A DNA stretch of 32,000 nucleotides, from NCBI GenBank assembly GCA_020160975.1, contig JAIUPJ010000001.1, forward strand, positions 120,001-152,000, in the 5' to 3' direction. The notes under the pieces are model-generated. The model worked only from the letters and a program-made list of their open reading frames with translations, made no database searches and was not told where the DNA came from. This DNA is from Candidatus Saccharimonadota bacterium. GTDB taxonomy: Bacteria; Patescibacteriota; Saccharimonadia; Saccharimonadales; Saccharimonadaceae. This document shows, in pieces, positions 8,527 through 15,836 of the stretch. Position numbers and translations under genes: made by a program. Position 1 is the stretch's first letter; each line of letters opens with the position of its first letter.

Positions 8527-9663
8527 CTACGCGTCTTCACCAGTCAATTTCTTGACCAATTTTGTCAGTGGCTTGGCGTTTTCCTCGCGCTCTTTGTGGG
8601 CATTTTTGAGATACTCCTCAATCAAGATTTTGATACAGCCTGCAATCGGAATGGAAATGATACCACCAGCAATACCAAAGACATATATACCAATAGTAAC
8701 CGCTACCAAGATTGCCAAAGGACTGAGTGATATGGTTCGTGACTGCACGGCAGGTGAAATCACGTTGTTTTCAACCTGCTGATAAATCATGAAATAGACT
8801 GCGAATATAAATGCAGCCGGCAGACTGTTGAATGCCAATAGTACCGTCACAATCACCCCGGCGATTGTGGCACCAAACATCGGGATCAGTGACAGCACAA
8901 AGCAAGTGGCGATTGCTACCATCGCGAGGCTTGAAGGCACCGCAGGGAAGAACAAAGTGATCAAAAATACCGCCAGGCCCGCCATCAGACCGTCGATGCC
9001 AGAAATGGTGATTTGCCCCGTCACATAGTTTGAGACGACAGCGTGCATTCGGCGAATCAAGCGCAGGTGGCTGTCACGACGATCAGTGTTGCGATACAGT
9101 GTGGCGATTCGCGCTACCCACGCTGGTCCCTCGACAAGCATAAGGAATGTCAGCACCAGCATGAGCATACCGGACAAAAAGGCTGAGAGTGCCGAGCCAA
9201 CACCATTCAAGAAGTTCTTGCCAAACCCGGTTGCCCAGCTTCCGGCATCGGTCTGCAAGGATTTGATTGCTTGATCAATTTGCGGCTGCAGATGGTACTT
9301 ATCGATGAGATTACCGACACCTTTCCACTGCTCAGAAACCGTTCGCACTGCCTCTGGTGCGCTATCGATAAACTTTATGGTTTGCTGCACAATAGGTGGC
9401 ACGACGAGAAAGGCAATTGCCGCCAGTACTGCCACTACCACAACAAACGCCAGTGCCGTACTAAGTACACGACTCCTACCGGGTAGGTAGTTTGCCAGAC
9501 GACTGACTGGCCCATTGAGAGCGAGCGCAAAAAACAGCGCTGCCGCAAGAATAATGAGAGCCGTGCGCGCACTATACAACGCAAGAATAACGAACCCGAA
9601 CCCAATCACTACTAGCCAGAACCGAACAAATGTCTTTGTGTCAATTTCAATACGTACTTTCAT
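8527..9663 (-). CDS. AI-2E family (PerM/UPF0118-like) membrane transporter
   Basis: About 8 TM segments with the size and topology typical of the family. The internal ATG at 9663 (MKVRIEID..) is preferred over the track GTG at 9678, because an extended -10 TGTATACT sits 6 nt upstream of it. Confidence 0.7.
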   Translation of the reverse strand: MKVRIEIDTKTFVRFWLVVIGFGFVILALYSARTALIILAAALFFALALNGPVSRLANYLPGRSRVLSTALAFVVVVAVLAAIAFLVVPPIVQQTIKFIDSAPEAVRTVSEQWKGVGNLIDKYHLQPQIDQAIKSLQTDAGSWATGFGKNFLNGVGSALSAFLSGMLMLVLTFLMLVEGPAWVARIATLYRNTDRRDSHLRLIRRMHAVVSNYVTGQITISGIDGLMAGLAVFLITLFFPAVPSSLAMVAIATCFVLSLIPMFGATIAGVIVTVLLAFNSLPAAFIFAVYFMIYQQVENNVISPAVQSRTISLSPLAILVAVTIGIYVFGIAGGIISIPIAGCIKILIEEYLKNAHKEREENAKPLTKLVKKLTGEDA

Positions 9664-9704
9664 GACACTAGTATACACTGCTCACGGCTGTTGAGCTACT
9701 TGAT

Positions 9705-9896
9705 TTAGCGTGAGCCGAGAACAGCAATCAGTGCCAGGAGCACCAATAGTGTTCCAGCAAGTGCAGAGATTGCTACCGTCATACGGTTGGGGTAATAATC
9801 TACCTTCGTCGACTGCTTTGAGGCACGTGCTCGTGATGCCGTGGATTTCTTAACAACTTTCTTTGTCTTAGCTGTCTTCGCTACAGTTTTTACCAT
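9705..9896 (-). CDS. Small Lys-rich, C-terminally anchored membrane protein (63 aa)
   Basis: Basic N-terminal half and a single C-terminal TM (VAISALAGTLLVLLALIAVLG). Upstream TTGCAA-17 nt-TAGACT promoter ends 6 nt before the ATG. Confidence 0.55.
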   Translation of the reverse strand: MVKTVAKTAKTKKVVKKSTASRARASKQSTKVDYYPNRMTVAISALAGTLLVLLALIAVLGSR

Positions 9897-9957
9897 ACCA
9901 CTAGTCTACATTTGATGCCTCAAGATTGCAACCCGCTTATGGTATACTAGAGGCCAT

Positions 9958-10380
9958 ATGAGTTATCTCGACAAAACACTTGTTAGTGTCCGTCTTGTTG
10001 ATGGAAACAGTTCCTCCTTGCTCGAAGCGGCAACACATATATTGGAGACTTGTGAACACAAAACTGTAGGAGAGGTGCTCTCGACACTTCACAACCTGCC
10101 TACTGTACGTTCACGACCGATCAACAGTGGTACGACCGCCTATTTCTCTTGGAATGAGTGGCATCACGGGCGGCACTTCAAGCTCTATGCAGCCGGCGAT
10201 GAAACCCTTCTGCAGCACTGTACCCTCACTGATACCGAGCGAGAGCAGCTTAGTCTCGCCATTCGTCGCGCCGGCACCTACGAACAGGAGATTTGCGTAG
10301 TAGCCTCTGCCATCACCGTTACATCAAGCGAAAAACTCGCGCACAACATGACCTGTATAGGTATCATCTTTTGCCACTAG
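9958..10380 (+). CDS. Hypothetical protein resembling an isolated P-type ATPase nucleotide-binding (N) domain segment
   Basis: HFKLYAAGDETLLQHCTLTDTEREQLSLAIRRAGTYEQEICVVA resembles the KGAPE..C....L....R..I......G.RVLA region of P-type ATPases. TGGTATACT extended -10 lies 9 nt before the ATG. Confidence 0.5.
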   Translation: MSYLDKTLVSVRLVDGNSSSLLEAATHILETCEHKTVGEVLSTLHNLPTVRSRPINSGTTAYFSWNEWHHGRHFKLYAAGDETLLQHCTLTDTEREQLSLAIRRAGTYEQEICVVASAITVTSSEKLAHNMTCIGIIFCH

Positions 10381-12430
10381 TCGACTGCGTGTGCCGATAG
10401 TCGGTCAAAAGTGCAATGTCTGAGATATCTTTTTTGCGTCCGAGACGCCGCTTGGCATCGATCAAATCATCTACGCTCATGAGTGAAATGCCGTCAACGA
10501 CAAATGCAGACTTTTTCAGGTATTTGAGATTCTTTCCCATCCAGGTGTGCATAAGATTATAGCCATTGTGCGATAAGATTTTTTTGCCGTTGTCTTGTAC
10601 ATACTCCTGCCAGTGGTGCTCGTCACGATATTCACGGTACACGTTGTCACTCACCACCACATCGACATCATGCGTTTGGCGTAGGTCAAGCGCCTCGAGT
10701 ACCGCACCTCCAATTACGACATAGCTTTCGGCTGGCAACTTGAGCCGCTGGATCATTTCAAGCGACGATCGCCGACTGTCAGGACGAGCCTTGATGGCGG
10801 CGTTGAGGGTCGGAAAAATATTATCTTTTCCGACCAACCCCACCACACCGTAATTGTCAAACTGCTGGCGTAAGGCAGGGGAGACGTGAGCGAAACCAAG
10901 CCGGATACCGTCCGAGCTAAGCTGGCGAACTAGCATCTTGAGATTCTCGACCGCAGTGTAGTCAATATTATCAATTGCTCCCGCATCAACCACAACATAA
11001 TGCACTGGTTCACTTGCCGCCTCAATCGCTCGTTTGAGGCGAGCGACGAAATAGTTGATATTCTCGAAAAACAATGACCCATCAAAGCTGTAAACGAGCA
11101 GTCCGTGCGGCCGCGAGGTGTGTCGGTGGTGCGGGTCGAGTCGCTCTGTAGCCCAGTCAGACAATGCCCCATCGCGCAACAAGACTGCATCTTTCGGGTG
11201 GTATTGGCGACTGAGACGCTCCATGAGCGACACGACGACCGCAATCAATACCCCTTGCCGCACGCCAAAAAGCGCCGTACCCACGAGTGCAACCATCGCC
11301 ACCAGAAACTCAGTTTTGTGAGTGCGCCAAAGATACCTGAGTTCGGAAAAGCGGATGAGGTGAAGTCCGATCATGAACACAATTGCGGCCAAGGCCGCCG
11401 AAGGCATAGAGCGAAATAGTTCGCCGCCAAACAGTAGAAGTATCCCAATGATCACTCCCATTATAATGTTGACGAGCTGAGAGCGGGCCCCCGCCATGTC
11501 GGCAGCAAGTGTGCGCGGCGGGCTACCGTTGACAGCGAATCCCCTCGTAAGTGCTGAGACGGCATTGGCAACGCCAAGCGCCATCAGATCTTGGTTGAGA
11601 CGAACTTTTTCATCATGCTCATTAGCCTGGCTTCTGATCACTGCGGAGCTTTGCGCCAAGATTACGATCGCGATAGAGAGCGCTGCCGGCAACAGTGTGA
11701 CCACGTCACCCGCTGACAAGCTGGGGTGGACGAACTGCGGCAAGCCTTGTGGCAGCGCACCGACAAACTGCACGCCATAGTCCCCAACATGAAACACCAG
11801 CGCAAACCCAACTGCCGCGAGCAAGCCGATGAGCTCCCCTGGGATACGTGTGCGTCGCGTGATCACTACAATACCCACTACAAGTACAGAGATTGTCACT
11901 GTCATGCCATTTACCGCTGTCAAGCCTTGTGCCACCGCCACCACGTGTTGCCACAAACTTCCGCTAGCAGATATCCCGAGCATTTCTGGAAGCTTATGAG
12001 TCATAAGTTGTACGCCAACGCCTGCCAAAAAGCCAACCAGCACCGGCCGCGATATCAGATCTGCTAAAAAGCCCAGTCCTGAAACGCCCATCAGCAACAG
12101 GACACCTGCGGTTAGCAGGCCGAGCAGTCCAATTGCATTGGCGTACTCCGGCGATCCAGCTTGTGCCACCAACAACGCCCCAGAAGCCACCAGCGCGGCT
12201 GTGGCCGAATCCGCACCAATCACTAGGCGCTTAGTGTGAGCAAGCACGCCAAATACCATCGGCGCAAACAGCGCACTATAGAGGCCAGTTACCGGCGGCA
12301 GGCCGACGATAACAGCAAATCCGAGAGACTCCGGGATGGCGATCGCCGTCACGACCAGTGCGGCCATCAGATCCGATTTGATATATTTTGTTTTATAGCC
12401 GGCAAATCCCCAGCGAAATAGCTTGTGCAT
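10364..12430 (-). CDS. SulP family anion transporter with STAS domain and an extra C-terminal nucleotidyltransferase-fold domain
   Basis: The N-terminal roughly 400 aa are polytopic and SulP-like (DLMAALVVTAIAIPESLGFAVIVGLPPVTGLYSA). The STAS-like region includes VVDAGAIDNIDYTAVENLKML. The terminal roughly 125 aa carry GGAVLEALDLRQTHDVDVVV (NTase G-G..D-x-D) and DDLIDAKRRLGRKKDISDI. Confidence 0.85.
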   Translation of the reverse strand: MHKLFRWGFAGYKTKYIKSDLMAALVVTAIAIPESLGFAVIVGLPPVTGLYSALFAPMVFGVLAHTKRLVIGADSATAALVASGALLVAQAGSPEYANAIGLLGLLTAGVLLLMGVSGLGFLADLISRPVLVGFLAGVGVQLMTHKLPEMLGISASGSLWQHVVAVAQGLTAVNGMTVTISVLVVGIVVITRRTRIPGELIGLLAAVGFALVFHVGDYGVQFVGALPQGLPQFVHPSLSAGDVVTLLPAALSIAIVILAQSSAVIRSQANEHDEKVRLNQDLMALGVANAVSALTRGFAVNGSPPRTLAADMAGARSQLVNIIMGVIIGILLLFGGELFRSMPSAALAAIVFMIGLHLIRFSELRYLWRTHKTEFLVAMVALVGTALFGVRQGVLIAVVVSLMERLSRQYHPKDAVLLRDGALSDWATERLDPHHRHTSRPHGLLVYSFDGSLFFENINYFVARLKRAIEAASEPVHYVVVDAGAIDNIDYTAVENLKMLVRQLSSDGIRLGFAHVSPALRQQFDNYGVVGLVGKDNIFPTLNAAIKARPDSRRSSLEMIQRLKLPAESYVVIGGAVLEALDLRQTHDVDVVVSDNVYREYRDEHHWQEYVQDNGKKILSHNGYNLMHTWMGKNLKYLKKSAFVVDGISLMSVDDLIDAKRRLGRKKDISDIALLTDYRHTQSTSGKR

Positions 12431-12442
12431 ACTGCACTCATA

Positions 12443-12676
12443 CTAGTCGCGACAAGAAGAGGCGTCAAGTGACTGCCGCTGGCGCCACCTATTCAGTAAC
12501 TCAATCATAATAAAGCTAATTATCATCAGGAGTAACCACGAACCAATCTTCTCGATTCCAACCATATGCCAGCTCGCCGACTGATTTGGGTAGAGCCATA
12601 CCTTGGTGTAGGTTGCGACATTCTCGGCTAACCAAATAACCAGCGTGATCGGTCCAAATGCGACCACAAGCGGCAT
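12443..12676 (-). CDS. Small 2-TM membrane protein (77 aa), possibly a gene remnant
   Basis: Two hydrophobic segments. No clear SD or promoter. Its 3' end overlaps the SulP promoter. Confidence 0.35.
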   Translation of the reverse strand: MPLVVAFGPITLVIWLAENVATYTKVWLYPNQSASWHMVGIEKIGSWLLLMIISFIMIELLNRWRQRQSLDASSCRD

Positions 12677-12693
12677 TCTACATCTACCCAGAT

Positions 12694-12909
12694 TCAGTCA
12701 TCATCATCGATATCAAAATCTCGAAGTGCAAAGCCATAGCAGAGCACGGCACCGATGACCAACGCAAGCTCGACTCGCTCATAGCCGCTCGTGAGAAGAA
12801 GAGTGAGTCCTGCCGCCGCAGCCAACAAAAATCCTGCCCAAATCAGCACTGATCGTAGTATGTTACCAGTTTTCTGTACGTGTTTTTCGTGCAATGCTTT
12901 GTGAGCCAT
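12694..12909 (-). CDS. Small 2-TM membrane protein (71 aa) with an acidic C-terminus
   Basis: A strong SD GAAGGAGG lies 5 nt before ATG 12909 (MAHKALHEK..). The longer track ORF (to 13044) would run through the tRNA-leader promoter and is not supported. Confidence 0.55.
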   Translation of the reverse strand: MAHKALHEKHVQKTGNILRSVLIWAGFLLAAAAGLTLLLTSGYERVELALVIGAVLCYGFALRDFDIDDDD

Positions 12910-12959
12910 GGTTCCTCCTTCGTGGTTTCTTGCACCTAGCATAGTCCAACTCACTCTCG

Positions 12960-12989
12960 ATGACAAGTTGCCCTGGTGTATGGTATACT
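12960..12989 (+). promoter_or_regulatory. Sigma70-type promoter for the tRNA-Gln precursor
   Basis: ATGACA (12960-12965), 18-nt spacer, extended -10 TGGTATACT (12981-12989). Predicted TSS near 12996. Confidence 0.6.
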
Positions 12990-13001
12990 TTTTAAGCACA
13001 T

Positions 13002-13136
13002 TGGGGTGTCGCCAAGTATGAGAACTGCCTGGGGCAGTTTGCAAGGCCGGAAACCGATTTGAAGCTCTGCTTCAAGTAGTTTGAGGCGAGGCTACGAGCG
13101 ATTGTCGGAGACAATCGACGAGTGGCAAGGCACATG
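13002..13136 (+). pseudogene. Split pseudo-copy of the tRNA-Gln 5' half, interrupted in the D-loop by a roughly 106-nt three-hairpin insert
   Basis: 13002-13017 is identical to tRNA positions 13191-13206 (TGGGGTGTCGCCAAGT). 13121-13136 (AGTGGCAAGGCACATG) matches 13205-13220 at 15 of 16 positions. No T-arm or 3' acceptor strand follows. Confidence 0.5.
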
Positions 13137-13190
13137 AAGTTTCACTTCCCGATTATAGCCGTACCTTTCGTAACCGTAATCACACACTAT

Positions 13191-13265
13191 TGGGGTGTCG
13201 CCAAGTGGTAAGGCACATGGTTTTGGTCCATGCATTCGGGAGTTCGATCCTCTCCACCCCAGCCA
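13191..13265 (+). tRNA. tRNA-Gln (anticodon UUG), CCA encoded
   Basis: Cloverleaf: acceptor TGGGGTG/CACCCCA, D-arm GCCAAGTGGTAAGGC, anticodon stem-loop CATGG-TTTTGGT-CCATG and T-arm GGGAGTTCGATCCTCTC. Closely parallels the E. coli tRNA-Gln sequence layout. Confidence 0.95.
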
Positions 13266-13271
13266 AGAAAG

Positions 13272-13305
13272 AATGTCGTAATCCTCGTGATTACGACATT
13301 TTTTC
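13272..13305. terminator. Intrinsic terminator after tRNA-Gln, usable in both directions
   Basis: 12-bp stem AATGTCGTAATC (13272-13283) / GATTACGACATT (13289-13300) followed by a T run. On the other strand a T-rich tract follows, facing the Erm-like gene end. Confidence 0.8.
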
Positions 13306-13339
13306 TCAGTTTAGTCGGAGGTTCAAACATGCGGATCAA

Positions 13340-14065
13340 TCATAAGAATGAGTGTGCCTGACGACTATACAGCACCACCCACTCCTCAATTGTCAACTGT
13401 GAAGGCTTGAACTCTTTGCTACCACCCACTCTGGTATAATATCGTGGCTCAGCGTAGCATTTCTCAACAAACTGCATATATGATGCCTGCTGTTCGGATG
13501 GCAGCAGTTCCTCGAGGCGCGGTGTGATCTCTAGCAGCACCGTATCGACCGCAGGCGGGGGAGTAAAGTCGGTCTTACGTAATGGCCGGCGGATCCGCGC
13601 CTGCCACCACGGCGCAATCATCATGCCAAGTGCGCCATGGAAATGATCGCCCGAAATGATGAGCTTTTGAGCAAATTGCCGCTGCACAATCAAATACACT
13701 GCCTTGGGCGGGTGACCATCCGTCGTCAAACGACGCACTATCTGCGAGCTGAGTCGAAAAGGGATATTTGCAAACACTTTATACGGTTCCCGCGGTAGCT
13801 CAACCTGCCGCATGTCACCGTGCACGATGGTCACTTTTGGATTGTGACCAAGATTTTGCTGGAGTTTGGCATAGGCAACAGGCTCGTTCTCGATGGCAAT
13901 TACCCGTGCAGCACGGCGGCCCAGCACCGCTGTAATCGCACCACTGCCCGCACCAAGATCGACTACCAAGTCGTTTTTGCGAATGTTGCTATGCCCGATA
14001 AGCTCGGCGATAAACGCAGAACTGCGCAAAAAATGTTGACCATGACTAGGAACGAGACGCTTCAT
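13340..14065 (-). CDS. rRNA adenine N6-(di)methyltransferase, Erm/KsgA family
   Basis: GQHFL, SAM-binding VVDLGAGSGAIT, the NIPF motif (FANIPFRLSS) and a short (241 aa) Erm-like length with a C-terminal ..LTIEEWVVLY. Confidence 0.8.
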   Translation of the reverse strand: MKRLVPSHGQHFLRSSAFIAELIGHSNIRKNDLVVDLGAGSGAITAVLGRRAARVIAIENEPVAYAKLQQNLGHNPKVTIVHGDMRQVELPREPYKVFANIPFRLSSQIVRRLTTDGHPPKAVYLIVQRQFAQKLIISGDHFHGALGMMIAPWWQARIRRPLRKTDFTPPPAVDTVLLEITPRLEELLPSEQQASYMQFVEKCYAEPRYYTRVGGSKEFKPSQLTIEEWVVLYSRQAHSFL

Positions 14066-14102
14066 ACTTTTAGTATAGCAACTGCTGGGCTATACTAGGT
14101 CT

Positions 14103-14684
14103 ATGAGAAAAAACACAAGCGGTTTCACAATCGTCGAGCTCTTGATTGCTGTCATTGTGATCGCCATCTTGGCTAGTATTACCCTTGTTGCCTATACCGG
14201 TATCCAGCAGCGCGCCCGAACTGCTCAGACAATCACCACCGCTGAACAATGGATCAAAGGTCTGATGATATACAAAGCGCGCAATGGCAGCCTCCCGTCA
14301 ATGAGTAGCTGCCTCGGCGCAGGGTACAAATATGATTACAACGAACAAGGAGCTTCGACCGTTGCGCAGTGCCAGCAGACATCGTCAAGCGTCGGTGTCG
14401 TCACAAACCCCGCCTTTACTGCTGCCATGCAGCCATATATGGCCGGCTCACCCGCACCTGCCATGGTGACCGCCGCAAATAGCACAACCTCATGGTATCG
14501 AGGCATCACCTACAATATTAATGGCACTACTGCACAAATTGTCCTCGCTCTGGATCGCGGGCAAACATGTCCAGCAAAAATCAGCGAATACAACCGGTCA
14601 TATGGCGCTCCTACTTCAGGACTCAACACTAACATGGTTTGCATTTACGAGATCGGTAGTATCGCCTCATACGATTTCAATTAG
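14103..14684 (+). CDS. Type IV pilin-like protein (prepilin N-terminal cleavage/methylation domain)
   Basis: MRKNTSG|FTIVELLIAVIVIAILASITLVAY is a classic class III signal peptide. Confidence 0.85.
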   Translation: MRKNTSGFTIVELLIAVIVIAILASITLVAYTGIQQRARTAQTITTAEQWIKGLMIYKARNGSLPSMSSCLGAGYKYDYNEQGASTVAQCQQTSSSVGVVTNPAFTAAMQPYMAGSPAPAMVTAANSTTSWYRGITYNINGTTAQIVLALDRGQTCPAKISEYNRSYGAPTSGLNTNMVCIYEIGSIASYDFN

Positions 14685-15259
14685 CTCGAACGGTTGCCAA
14701 ACAGCCCGCCGATAACGTCGTCCAACATGCTGCCGTCTTTGTTTTTATCGAGAACGGCCGTTGCGAGATCGCTAAGCAACCCGCCATTATCTGTTTTTTG
14801 TTGCTTCAGAAGGTCTGACAGGCCACCCGCATCGAGATTATCGCTCGACTTTTTCTTGCCGAGATATGCCATAACAAGCGGGGCAAGAAACGTCAATATT
14901 TTGGCAACCGTTGCCACGTCGATGCCCGTCTTATTTGCAATCGTTTCATTTGCAGAAGACTGTTTCTCTCCCAAGACATGCTCAATAATTTTGCCACCAT
15001 CGTTATTGCTGTCACCCCCCGCAAACAGCCCTCCCAAACTTTCAAGTAGGGACCCGCTTGTGTGATCTTTTTCAACGGCTGCGTCTAGCGCTTGTGCGCC
15101 TTTTTCATCACCGGTGTTATTTGCCATTTGCCCAAGAATGACAGGCAGTCCTGCAGCAATCACACTCTCTACCGTGCTTTTGTCGGTGCCGGTCGCTTGG
15201 CCAATCTTTTCCGAAACATCCCCCTTAATCACTTCGGTCAATACTGATGTGATGTCCAT
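14681..15259 (-). CDS. DUF937-like protein (Gly/Asp-rich repeats)
   Basis: Repeated GGL(F/L)..G / LLD..G modules and VATVAKILTFLAPLVMAYLGKK. GAGGAAGAGG SD upstream. Confidence 0.65.
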   Translation of the reverse strand: MDITSVLTEVIKGDVSEKIGQATGTDKSTVESVIAAGLPVILGQMANNTGDEKGAQALDAAVEKDHTSGSLLESLGGLFAGGDSNNDGGKIIEHVLGEKQSSANETIANKTGIDVATVAKILTFLAPLVMAYLGKKKSSDNLDAGGLSDLLKQQKTDNGGLLSDLATAVLDKNKDGSMLDDVIGGLFGNRSS

Positions 15260-15279
15260 TGCGCTACCTCTTCCTCTTA

Positions 15280-15684
15280 TTAGTGGCGAATTAGTTTTGG
15301 TAATTTCTTTGCCTGTGATATCATGCGCTCGAGCTCGACCACTGTGGGAAGACGACGCACTAACTTAAGCCGCTGGTTAAGTAATGTAAGGTCCATATAT
15401 AAATTCTGTGCGTTCCGATAGGCAAGTTTTGGTACGGTGGCGACTCCCGCCTTGACCAAAAGTTCGGCAAATTCTTCACCTATGCCTTTGATTCGAATCA
15501 GATCTGCTTGGTGGGTCCATTGCAAAATCTGTTCCTCCGCAAGTCTAGCTTCGTCCGCAAGACGCATGCGGCCTGTCGCAGTTGCGCCGACTTCACGCAG
15601 CTGCTCAATCGTTCGCACTCCCGCCTCAGCCAGTTGACTGGCGTATGTAGGGCCAATTCCTTCAATTTCTTTGATACTCGTCAT
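15280..15684 (-). CDS. DUF4332-like helix-hairpin-helix protein
   Basis: Two IEGIGPTYASQLAEAGV / IKGIGEEFAELLVKAGV HhH-type repeats. GGGAGG SD upstream. Confidence 0.65.
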   Translation of the reverse strand: MTSIKEIEGIGPTYASQLAEAGVRTIEQLREVGATATGRMRLADEARLAEEQILQWTHQADLIRIKGIGEEFAELLVKAGVATVPKLAYRNAQNLYMDLTLLNQRLKLVRRLPTVVELERMISQAKKLPKLIRH

Positions 15685-15797
15685 ACTCTTGTACCTCCCA
15701 TTGATGGTAGCTCTAGTATAGCACCCTTACTCTGCATTCTAATACTCTCGCGCGGCCCCTCACTGATACCTCGCGTCATAGTCCTGGACCGCACGTT

Positions 15798-15826
15798 TTG
15801 CATCTTGTATTTAACGGGTATATACT
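15798..15826 (+). promoter_or_regulatory. Sigma70-type promoter of the phosphoketolase-acetate kinase unit
   Basis: TTGCAT (15798-15803), 17-nt spacer, TATACT (15821-15826). The ATG lies 10 nt downstream. Confidence 0.65.
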
Positions 15827-15836
15827 AAGCATTAGC

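Noticed and set aside
12694-13044. Long (116 aa) version of the minus-strand ORF extending over the tRNA-leader promoter
   Set aside because: A strong GAAGGAGG SD precedes the internal ATG at 12909. The upstream extension has no membrane or protein-like character and overlaps the promoter and pseudo-tRNA region.
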